Below, piece after piece: positions 50,903 to 61,390 of a stretch of 64,000 nt of DNA. The notes under the pieces were generated by a model. It was not told the origin of the DNA. It saw nothing but the letters and a program-made list of their open reading frames with translations, and did no database searches. Within the stretch, counting starts at the first letter, position 1; every line of letters starts with the position of its first letter. Source of the stretch: Octopus sinensis (taxonomy: Eukaryota); contig NC_043016.1 in assembly GCF_006345805.1 (NCBI RefSeq), forward strand, positions 12,648,001-12,712,000, written 5' to 3'. Both the position numbers and the translations under genes were made by a program.

Positions 50903-52607
50903 AGAAATTAAAATTGCAGTGATGAAGTGCCAGGTGGATCCTGGATAGAGATTAAAATTTTGATGATGAGGTGGTCTGGAGGATCCTGGATAGAGACTAT
51001 AATTGGGGTGATGAGGCATCAGGTTGATCCAGGATAGAGATTAAAATTGTGGTGATGAGGTGTCAAGTGGATCCTGGATCATATTCATCATCATCATTGT
51101 TTAACTTCTGCACTCCATGCTAACATGTGTTGGACGGTTCAACAAGGGTCTAGGAAACCAAGAGGCTGCACCAAGCTCTAATCCAATCTGGCAAGGTTTC
51201 TACAGCTGGATGTCCTTCCTAATGCCAACCACTCCGAGAGTGTAGCAGGTGCTTTTTACGTGCCACCGGCACAGGGGCCAGAGTAGGCTGGTAATGGCCA
51301 CGATCAGATGGTGCTTTTTACATGCCACTGGCATAGACACCAGTCAAGGTGGTGCTGTAATCGGCCATGTTCGGATGCTGCTTGTTACGTGCCACCGGCA
51401 CGGGTATCACAACTACAATTTCCATTTGATTTTTATTTTGATGTTGATGTATTTGACTCAATAGGTCTCCACAAGCACAGCAGGTCACCCAACAATCCAA
51501 GGTAAGCACAGTAGGCCGCCCTGCGAGCCATGAACTCACTTTATTTGTCGGGTCTCGCAGTCACAGCATATCTCCACAGGTCTCGGTCTTTCATCATTGC
51601 CTCTGTGAGGCCCAATGTTCGAAGGTCATGCTTGACCACCTCATCCCATGTCTTCCTGAGTCTACCTCTACCCCAGATTCCTTCAACTGTTTGGGAGTGG
51701 CACTTCTTCACACATCTCTCCTCATCCATCCATAGTACATGACCATACCAACACAAACATCTCTCCTGCATGCCACATTTGATGCTTCATATGTCCAACA
51801 TTTCTCACAGGGCACTTACACTCTGTCGTGTGTGCACACTGACATTACACATCCAGCGGATCATGTTTGCTTCATTTCTTTCAAGCCTACACATGTCCTT
51901 TGCAGTCACAGCCCATGTTTCACTGCCGTGAGGCATGGCAGTTCGCACACATGCATTGTACAATCTACCTTTCACTCTGAGTGAGAGACCCTTTGTCGCC
52001 AGTAGGGAAGAAGCTTTCTAAATTTTGCCTAGGCAATTCTTATTCTAGTGGTGACACTCTCTGAGCATCCACCCCCACTACTAACTTGGTCACCTAGGTA
52101 GCAGAAGCTATCAACTACTTCTAGTTTATCCTCCTGAAGTGTGATGGAATCTGTTTTCTGAGTATCTGTGGTGTCTATTAACACTGTGCATCAACCGCAC
52201 ACGAAAACTATCTTCTCGGTTAACTTTCCTTTGATGTTGCTGCACATCTTATGTGTCCATAGCTTACACTGGGTACATCTTGTGGATTTTCTACCTACAC
52301 CTTTTCTACAAATTGAGCAGATTAAAATTGTGGTGATGAGGTGTCAGGTGGATCCTGGATAGAGATTAATATTGTGCTGATGAGGTCTCAGGTGGATCCT
52401 GGATAGAAATTAAAATTTTGATGATGGGGTATCCGGTGGATCCTGGATAGAGATTAATATTGTGCTTATGAGGTGGTCAGGTGGATCCTCGATAGAGATT
52501 AAAATTTTGATGATGAGGTATCAGGTGGATCCTGGATAGAGATTAAAATTGTGATGTTGACGTGTCAAGTGGATCCTGGATAGAGTTTAAAATTTTGATG
52601 ATGCGGT
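50903..52607. repeat. 44-bp minisatellite (50903-51079 and 52319-52607) interrupted by an RTE insertion
   Basis: Unit agattaaaattgtggtgatgaggtgtcaggtggatcctggatag, with about 4 copies left and about 6.5 right. Confidence 0.9.
51085..52170 (-). mobile_element. 5'-truncated RTE LINE with RT C-terminus, 3' UTR and (GAT)n tail
   Basis: Reads LEVVDSFCYLGDQVSSGGGCSESVTTRIRIA..VKGRLYNACVRTAMPHGSETWAV..WYGHVLWMDEERCVKKC..GRGRLRKTWDEVVKHDL, followed by the family C 3' end. Confidence 0.9.
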
Positions 52608-53099
52608 TGAGTGGAAGTGCATGGGAGAGGAAATATGTTGTGTGAGTGAATAGAAGTTACAAGAGTATATAAGGGAGTGTGAGATGTTTAAAGATGGGAA
52701 ATGAGTAAGAGGGTGAAATTAATAAACGAAGGATAAATGCTGGGAGATGATAAACAGAGAAAGTAAGGAAGAGTGGGTGATAACTGTAGGGTGGAGAAAT
52801 AGATGTAAGTAATAGTGAATAAGGGTGATTAAGTATGCATGTAAGTTGCAGAAGGAGAGTGGGAGATGACTGATTGTGCAGAAAAATGGATGGTAAAGAG
52901 CTGCAGAATAGTAATAAGGATACTGTATCATCCAATGAATCCTTTTGATGATAAGCAGCACAGTGCTGTAACACCTGATAAATTAGCATTGTGTTCTTCC
53001 ATAATATGCAAATTCTCAGGCCTCTAGCAGGTGCAATTGAGGTGATCAATTGCGTTATTTAATATAAATATAGCCTGCCAACTGGCCTTCCCTGGGAGA

Positions 53100-53900
53100 A
53101 TCATAATGCTACGTGGTGATTAATTGAGTTATTTAATATAAATGTAGCCTCACCATTCCAAACAATCTTTGCTGGAATGTCTGTGTCTCCAACACATCTT
53201 ACCAAGTACCACTTGCAAAACTCCACTCTTCATTCTAGATTATCTTATCAAGAGCACAGATTACTCTTGGATCGTAAATTTTCCAATGGCAGCACTTTAA
53301 ATTGTGGTGAATGCTTGATCTTGAAGTTCCCATCTTGTGACTCACTTGCAGCACAGATTTTCTTGAACTCTGACAATATGTTTCTGGTAATCTTTCTTGC
53401 TTTGCGAGGTTTATCAATATTTGTAGCCTTATCAATATTTGAGGCTTATCAGTATTTGTAGGGTGGTGAGCTGGCAGAATTGTTAGCACACCGGGCGAAA
53501 GGCTTTGCAGCATTTCATCTGCCGTTACATTCTGAGTTCAAATTCCGCCGAGGTCGACTTTGCCTTTCATCCTTTCAGGGTCGATTAAATAAGTACCAGT
53601 TATGCACTGGGGTCGATGTCATCGACTTAATCCCTTTGTCTGTCCTTGTTTGTCCCCTCTATGTTTATTCCCCTGTGGGCAATAAAGAAATAAATATTTG
53701 TAGTTTTCCAGAACATTACTTGCAGTCATTCTGAACAGTTCCATATTCTTCAAGCTTATCTCTAATTCCACAGACAGTAAGTTGCATAGGTGAACCTGTT
53801 TGAAACTCCCCCCTACACTGTTTTTGCATTTTGAGTGCATTTTCACACTTCCAGTTGCATTCAAGATAAATTTCTTTGTTCAAGGCTTGGTCTGGCTCCT
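53100..53900 (-). mobile_element. Tc1-like transposase remnant split by SINE B (53462-53696, +)
   Basis: Minus strand reads RVEFCKWYLVRCVGDTDIPAKIVWNGEATFILNNSINHH, resembling the F..WSDEA.F.LNG.VN.HN region. Confidence 0.6.
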
Positions 53901-53984
53901 TTCTAATGGGTCAAATCTAAAAACAACAGAAATTAAATATATTATCAGCTATTAATGTATGCATACATATTTCTGGGACACACT

Positions 53985-54205
53985 ATATGTTTCTTTATTA
54001 CCCACAGGGGGCTAAACATAGAGGGGACAAACGGATTAAGTTGATTATATCGACCCCAGTGCGTAACTGGTACTTAATTTATCGACCCTGAAAGGATGAA
54101 AGGCAAAGTCGACCTCGGCGGAATTTGAACTCAGAACGTAGCGACGAGCGAAATACCACGAAGCACTTCGCCCAGCGTTCTAACGTCTCTGCCAGTTCGC
54201 TGCCT
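53985..54205 (-). mobile_element. SINE family B
   Basis: Reverse complement of family B. A related minus copy is at 29625-29880. Confidence 0.85.
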
Positions 54206-54289
54206 GAGACACACTATAGTTACGTGTATGCATGTGCATGTGAGTGCATGCATGTGTGTGTGCACACATTCAGTTGTGACTGCTTTTGA

Positions 54290-54845
54290 TCTTCCATTAG
54301 CAAACGAGGCATGAATTTTGCTGCAATTCTTTTCATTTGCAATTCCTCGCTCAAAATTCATTGGCAGGAGTTCCAGAACACACCAGTTATATCAACAACT
54401 TTGTCAATTGATCAGATATGGTCCTCCAAGATCAGTTGGTCTATTTTCATGATGATTTCATTCACTCAGGTTGATGGTGGTGCTGAACAAGGCTGGTCTT
54501 CGAGTGACAAGTGACCATTCCTAAAGCATGAAAACCACTCATAAACTTGTTTTGCTCATGGCAGTATCCTTGTAAGCTGTCTGGAGCATGACAACTGTTT
54601 TGGCCACTGTTTTCTCCAGCAGAAAACCGAATTTCACGGAAGAACGCTGTTCCTTTGTTTCAGCCATTGCAAAAATCGGTGAACAGGGGAGAAGCACTGC
54701 AAAGCAAAGACACACCACGTAGCATTATGACTCTCCCAGGGAACGCCAGTTGGCAGACTGATGCCTGAGGGTCACATCAAGTGGCTTCTGGCAGCAAAAC
54801 TACTACAGGCTTGCCCACAGAGAACGTTTCCGGTTTCTTTTGGGT
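54290..54845 (-). mobile_element. Mariner transposon 5' remnant
   Basis: Minus strand reads MAETKEQRSSVKFGFLLEKTVAKTVVMLQTAYKDTAMSKT..EWFSCFRNGHLSLEDQPCS, the mariner N-terminal HTH pattern. Confidence 0.75.
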
Positions 54846-56225
54846 ATCTTTTCGTATTTGTATGTGTGTGTGTGTCCGTGTCTGTGTTTGTCCTCTACCA
54901 CTGCTTGACAACTGGAGTTGGTGTGTTTATGTCCCCATAACTTAGCTGTTCAGCAAAACAGATCAATAAAATAAGTACCAGGCTTTTGTAAAAAATAAGT
55001 ACTGGAGCCAATTCACTTAGCTAAAATGCTCCAGCATGGCCACAGTCTAATAACAGAAACAAATAAAGATAAGATATCGTTCAGTGTCTGGTTTGATCCA
55101 GATTTCCTGGTCAAAAGGATCATCAAAGTTTTGTGAGATTTCCCTGATTGAACCCCTAAGCAGCTATCCTATGTATTGGGTGGGGGTGGGGATCTTGTTA
55201 TTCTTTGCTTTTGTTACCATTTTTTTTACATGCCTTTTGTAAACCCTTCACCTGTGTATTGTATTGTATCGCATTGTCTTTGTTTTCTTCAGGCTCTTGT
55301 AGCTAGTCAAAAAAGTTATACCATCACCATCACCACCACTTTGTATGCTTTTCATCTCATTTTCCTCTTCCTTGCTTCCTCTCATCTTTTTATTCCCAAC
55401 AGAAATTGTAAACTGTCCTTGTAATGTACCCCTCATCAGATGATGCTGTGGAAAATAAAATAAATCCTCTTCTTTCCCCTCCTCTTCCTTCTCCTCCACC
55501 TCCTTCTCTTCCTTCTTTACCTCTTCCTCTTCCTCTTCCTCCACCACCACCACCAGGTCGTCCATGTAGAGCAAGTGAGATCATCTTGTCAAACACTTTG
55601 CACCCATAATTTGTTCTATTCAGCTTGTGGGACAAGGGAATGAGGAAAAGACAGGAGAGGAAAGAGTGAATTGCCCTGGACTATTCCATGATCTATTCTG
55701 ATGTTCTCTGACACATATGATCCTTCCTCATTGTTGAGAAATAATTTTGTGTTTCACAGTCCCATACTGTGTTGTAGAAAACCTTTCACGAAAGGGGAGA
55801 TCTTGTATATATTTAGTGCCTTTAAAATCCAGCTATGTGGGACACCGTCAAATGCCTCATGGTAGTCCATCCATGCTGTGCTAAGATTTCATTTTTTGGA
55901 TGAGCAATTTTTAAGTGTCACACAATTTGTTAATAGCTGATCTCTGCAGTAATATGAGTTTCTTTTGCACCCTTTTTGTTCAAGGGGAAGGATGTTGTTT
56001 CCATTGAGAAATTGAAATGGCTTGAAAGTCATAAACACGCCGACGGGAAATAACATCATTAGGTGAGACAAGCTGACTGAATCAGCTTCGTTGACTGACA
56101 GGTGACGGTTGTTCAGAAAAAGCGCGGGCTGAAACTACACGCCTTCACTAGTCAGTTAAGGTGAGACAGTGTCACGTGACAACTTGTTGGGGCTGCCTGC
56201 TGGAGCCTATGCGGCAGGTATTTAA

Positions 56226-56447
56226 CCCTTTAGCATTTAAACCAGCCATATCCGGCCAAAAGTATTCTGCCTGTTTTATATTCAAACTGGCCAGATCTGG
56301 TCTCTCACACCAGCCCTACAATATCGTTTTAAAAATTAACAGCTACCTCATCAAAATCTCATAGCTACAAGATTAATGAATGATTAATTCAAAACAATGT
56401 GGATAAAAAAGCATTAATTTTGGCAGAATAATGTGAACACTAAAGGG
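56226..56447 (+). mobile_element. piggyBac-type MITE, family P2
   Basis: TTAA-CCCTTTAGCATT...AACACTAAAGGG-TTAA. Confidence 0.85.
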
Positions 56448-56714
56448 TTAAAGGGAAAAATTTGACAAGACAGTCTGTCACCGGCTAACACTTGCTGACA
56501 ATACATCGAAGAGGCCAGGGAACAGAAGAAAGAAGACATGCACCCAACACCAGAGCTGAAGACACCTCTGAAAGGGGGGGTCCCACCACATCAAAACGGT
56601 ACAGGAGTAGAGGCCGAAACCGGATGTGGTTCCTCCTGATGATGTCTTGATCTAACTGAATCCTATAAAGGAGCTGTTGTGGTAGCAGACCACGAAACAC
56701 GGTTGTAATTCCTC

Positions 56715-56965
56715 CTTTCAGTGAGGATGGATGCAAGTAGTTTGTACATAGTGGTCAAACAAGTGATTGGCCTGCAGTTTTTTTGATTTGTGTCGCTCAT
56801 TATAGGGAGTAGGTATATTGCTCCTAAAGTGAGTCAGCTTGGAGTCTTTTCGGGGTTTCTGATGATGCTAGAGAAACATTCCATTAATTGATGGTGTGAT
56901 GAGGAAAGGCCAGAAGTTTGGGATTTTATCATATCCAGCAGACTTCCACTTATGAGCTTTGGATA
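56715..56965 (-). mobile_element. R4/Dong-like non-LTR RT N-terminal remnant
   Basis: Minus strand reads KAHKWKSAGYDKIPNFW..IIRNPEKTPS*LTLGAIYLLP..CRPITCLTTMYKLLASILTE. Confidence 0.65.
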
Positions 56966-57014
56966 GAAACAGAGTTAGTTCCTGCATTGTAATATCATTG
57001 TTATTATTATTATA

Positions 57015-57140
57015 TATTCTGAGTTCAAATTCTACCAAGGTTGACTTTGCTTTTCATCTTTTTAGGGTTGCATACTGGGGTTGATCTAATTGACTATTCC
57101 CCTCCACCAAATTTCAGGCCTTCTGCCTATAACAGAAAGG

Positions 57141-57194
<54 letters not shown>

Positions 57195-57233
57195 GTTGTT
57201 GTTGTTGTTGTTGTTGTTGTTATTGTATTGTTA

Positions 57234-57289
<56 letters not shown>

Positions 57290-57300
57290 TGTTATTATAA

Positions 57301-57365
<65 letters not shown>

Positions 57366-57393
57366 ATTGTTATTGTTATTGTTATTATTATTA

Positions 57394-57436
<43 letters not shown>

Positions 57437-57447
57437 TGTTATTATAA

Positions 57448-57512
<65 letters not shown>

Positions 57513-57525
57513 ATTGTTATTGTTA

Positions 57526-57584
<59 letters not shown>

Positions 57585-57595
57585 TGTTATTATAA

Positions 57596-57671
<76 letters not shown>

Positions 57672-57698
57672 ATTGTTATTGTTATTGTTATTATTATA

Positions 57699-57741
<43 letters not shown>

Positions 57742-57766
57742 TGTTATTATAATTGTTATTATTATA

Positions 57767-57818
<52 letters not shown>

Positions 57819-57851
57819 GTTGTTGTTGTTGTGTTGTTGTTGTTATTGTTA

Positions 57852-57920
<69 letters not shown>

Positions 57921-58540
57921 TAAGGCAGTGTGCTGGCAGAATCGTTAGCATGCTGGGCGAAATGCTTAGTGGTATTTCGCCCATCGCTATGTTCTGAGTT
58001 CAATTTTGCCTTTCATCCTTTCAGTGCTGATTAAATAAGTTCCAGTTATGCCCTGTGGTCGATATAATTGTCTTAATCCCTTCCCCAAGCTGCCCTTGTG
58101 GCAAAAATTTGAAATCATAAAGGAAGTGAGCTGGCAGAATTGTTTGCATGCTGAATGAAATGCTTAGCGGTATTTCGCCTGTCGCTATGTTCTGAGTTCA
58201 AGTTCCACTGAGCTTGACTTTTCATCCTTTCAGGGTCGATAAATTAAGTACCAGTTGAGTACTGGGGTCGATGTAATCGACTATTCCCGCTCCCCCAAAT
58301 TTCAGGCCTTGTGCCTATAATAGAAAGGATTATTATTATTGTTATTATTATTATTATTAGTAGTAGCTAGCAGAATTGTTTGCATGCTTAGCGGCGAGCT
58401 AGCAGAATCGTTAGCACATCGGGCGAAATGCTTAGCGGTATTTCGGCTGCCGTTACGTTGTGAGTTCAAATTCCGCCGAGGTCGACTTTGCCTTTCATCC
58501 TTTCAGGGTCGATAAATTAAGTACCAGTTAAGCACTGGGG
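57015..58540 (+). mobile_element. Cluster of four SINE B copies/variants around an expanded tail
   Basis: Copies at ~57015-57140, 57922-58110, 58125-58360 and 58395-58540. Confidence 0.85.
57141..57921. repeat. Compound (ATT)n/(GTT)n microsatellite with higher-order periodicity
   Basis: Blocks aattattgttgttgttattataattgtt and attgttattgttattgtt recur at roughly 120-150-bp spacing. Confidence 0.97.
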
Positions 58541-60192
58541 AGAGACCTAGGCTTAACTTCATGCACTGGTTGAAAATCATAAAAAAAATTCTGGGGTCGA
58601 TACATTCGACTAAAAATTCCTCAAGGTTGTGCCCAAGTAAAATTGTTTCGCATAAACTGACGTAATTTTTTTTTTATTACGTTACCTTGGAATACTGCTG
58701 TGACTTCGGCTTCGTAAACGACTGATTTTATGAAGTCGTTTATGAAGCCGAAGAACACAATGTAGCGAACAAGCTACAGTAATAGCTAAGCGGGGATTCG
58801 AAACCGAATCCAGATTTTTATACACTGTCAAACAAGTTCTCAATTGTTTTAGCTTGTTTGCGCTCAGAGATTATTGGGAATGTGCTGATCTTTGAGTGCA
58901 AAGACTAGGTTAAAACATTAGGTTGAAAATTTGTTTGACAATGTATAGAAATGTGGATTTGGTTTCGAATCTCGGCTTAGCTATACTGTAGTTCACTACA
59001 AGATCTAATTAATTGTCTGTCTGTCATTGCTATTTACTACAATATAAAACAAAAATAATCGCCCACGACAAGGTTCAACGGAATCTACTGAAGCAAGCCA
59101 GTACGCTCACGGCTTTACCTCGGGCGATGGCTCACCTGACAACGATGACAAAAACTTCGCCGTTAGTGGCCCAATTCTGATAGATAATAAGTTTTCCTGT
59201 TATAGGACACAAATTTAAAAAAGTAACAACAAAACTATGTCGGGGAACAAAGCTATGTATTTTATACAATACCCCGAGCATTTTCATAGTTTTCCCAACA
59301 ATCTAAAGAGCATAAGAAAAAATATTAACTTTTTGTCGCTTCTCGGTATGTCATCAGAATAAATGCACTTTGTCTTATTTAACTACATGTAATTTTCAGA
59401 TAGTTATTAACTTCTGAAATGCAGAGATACGATTCTACAATACATAAATGTCTTGTCCATCTGTCTGCTTGTCTTCTGCTGATGAATTGTCATTGAAGCT
59501 TTGCGAGGGGTCGAGAGTAACGGATCCCCAAAGCAGTCAAGTTCAGCAGCACCACGCCGCAGTTTCTGCAATTTTTTATGGAAACAACCATTTATTGTTG
59601 TTGTCATTGAGTTAGTGAATAAAAATACGTTTCTTGGGCTGCGTGAAGAAGTAAATAAACAACTCCTGCGAACATTTAATAGAAGAATTTATTGCTGGAC
59701 ATAAAGACAAATTGCATTAGCCATTCACAAATTAGCAACAATTTCAGACTGAGAGAGAAGGAAAAGCTTTGCCGCGTGAAAAGAAGTAACTTATGAGATT
59801 GTGTGAATGTTTAGTTCAGTCTGTCCTAGAACCTGGAGATGTCCGTGCAACTGTCCGGAACTAATTGATAGCAAGAATGAGGGCACATTTCGCTCAACTC
59901 CCTCAACATTCTGTCTGGCAAGCAGTGAGACGTGCGAGCTCATTAATTACTGAACGAAAGTGAAATAAACACCAGATAATCTTAGCCCCATGTAGAAACT
60001 ACAGGAGGGAAAAACTTCCTCCCGCCCCAAATCCCCATTTTCGCGCAAATTATTGTTTTTTTAAAATTTTTTTGCCAAAACCCCACGTTTTCAGATACGG
60101 AGATTCCGGAAAATTGCCAAAAATCGGTATTTTGAAATTTTTTGCACCTTCCCTTACTCCCCATCAATTTCTTCATTTTTCACTTTTTCCGT

Positions 60193-60273
60193 AAACCTAA
60201 CCGTAAAACCCTAACCCAAACCATAAAACCCTAACCCTAACCCTAAAACCCCAACCCGAACTCTAACCCTAAA
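60193..60273. repeat. Degenerate telomere-like (CCCTAA)n tract
   Basis: aaacctaaccgtaaaaccctaacccaaaccataaaaccctaaccctaaccctaaaaccccaacccgaactctaaccctaaa. Confidence 0.75.
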
Positions 60274-60599
60274 TTTTGGAAATTTTTTCAGAATCATAAT
60301 ATCCGTATTATGATATCTGCATATTTAAAAAAAAAAAATTTCTGAAAAAAGTTTAAAATGAAGAGCGTGTGTGTGTGTGTGGTGGGGGGGTAATTTCAAA
60401 ATGCCAATTTTTTTTTGCAGATTCGTATTCTCCGTAGACGAAAACGGGGGTTTGTGTAGGACAAAAAAGAAATAAATAAGAAAAAAAGGGGTGTTTTTGG
60501 GGGAGGTACAAAGCGTTTCATCGATCAAGTCTTCGTATTTGGTTTTCTTCAGCCGGTGAGAAATGCCAAATTTGTCCTTCCAGAATACTGTGAGTTCAA

Positions 60600-61344
60600 T
60601 CACAATGATTGTTTTTGCACTCCTGGATAGCAGAGGCTACAGTACGGACACCATATGGCGACAGAGATTGGTTTGAGATTGGAAAAGGCACTCGGCAAAG
60701 TTGCATCCTGTCACCAGCAGCCTTCAACATGTACGTTGAAAAGGTCATGAGGAATACAGGCCTGGAGGATAGCAGCATTGGGGTGAGGATTGGAGGAAGA
60801 AATATTAATAACCTTCGCTATGCAGATGATTCAACCCTGCTGGCAGAAAATAATAAGGATCTAGAGAATCTTATCCTGCTGGTCAAGAAAGAGAGTGAGA
60901 AATTTGGGCTGTACCTCAATGTCAAGAAAACGAAGATCATGTCAACAGCAGCCACAACAAACATCAGCATCAAGATCGTTAATGAAGAGATCGAAGTGGT
61001 TGATGATTTCATCTTCATTGGCTCCAAAATAAATCGAGATGGTGACTGCACTCCAGAAATAAGGCGGTGGATAGTACTAGGCAAAGAGGCAACGGTCAGC
61101 ATGAGCAGGGTCTGCTACCAAATGCAGATTGGTGAATGCAATCGTCTTCCTAATAGCAACATATGGATGCGAGACCTGGACTCTAAAGAAAGCTGACCAG
61201 AAGAGAATTAATGCATTCGAGCTTTGGTGTTGGAGAAGATTTTTACGGATTCCATGGACAGCGAGGCTCACCAATCAAGTTCTGAACCAGATCAAGCCGA
61301 AACTGTCGCTAGAAGCTAGGATCACCAAGCATAGATTGATATAG
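60600..61344 (+). mobile_element. RTE-BovB-like LINE reverse transcriptase fragment (pseudogenised)
   Basis: EATVRT..DWFEIGKGTRQSCILSPAAFNMY..GRNINNLRYADDSTLLAE..ESEKFGLYLNVKKTKIM..DFIFIGSKI..DGDC..EIRR, then after a frameshifting deletion LVNAIVF..TYGCETWTLKKADQKRINAFELWCWRRFLRIPWTAR. Confidence 0.93.
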
Positions 61345-61390
61345 ATACGGCCCATTTACAAGCTACTAGGTTGTTATAATTAGTACTCAT

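Noticed and set aside
50903-52607. CRISPR-like regularly spaced repeats
   Set aside because: Units are contiguous 44-bp tandem copies without unique spacers, in a eukaryotic context with no cas genes.
56612-56646. GAAAC...CTGATGA hammerhead-like permutation
   Set aside because: There is no helix I or stem II pairing, so it is likely chance.
57041-57997. Poly-Y/I/L/V/C ORFs
   Set aside because: Translations of the ATT/GTT microsatellite.
59407-59704. Overlapping short ORFs in CpG-richer unique DNA (possible first exon or promoter)
   Set aside because: No homology, coherent splice pair or promoter evidence can be established from sequence alone.
60505-60556. Minus-strand CTGAAGA...GAAACGCTTTGTA motif
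   Set aside because: No convincing stem II and only a 2-bp helix I.
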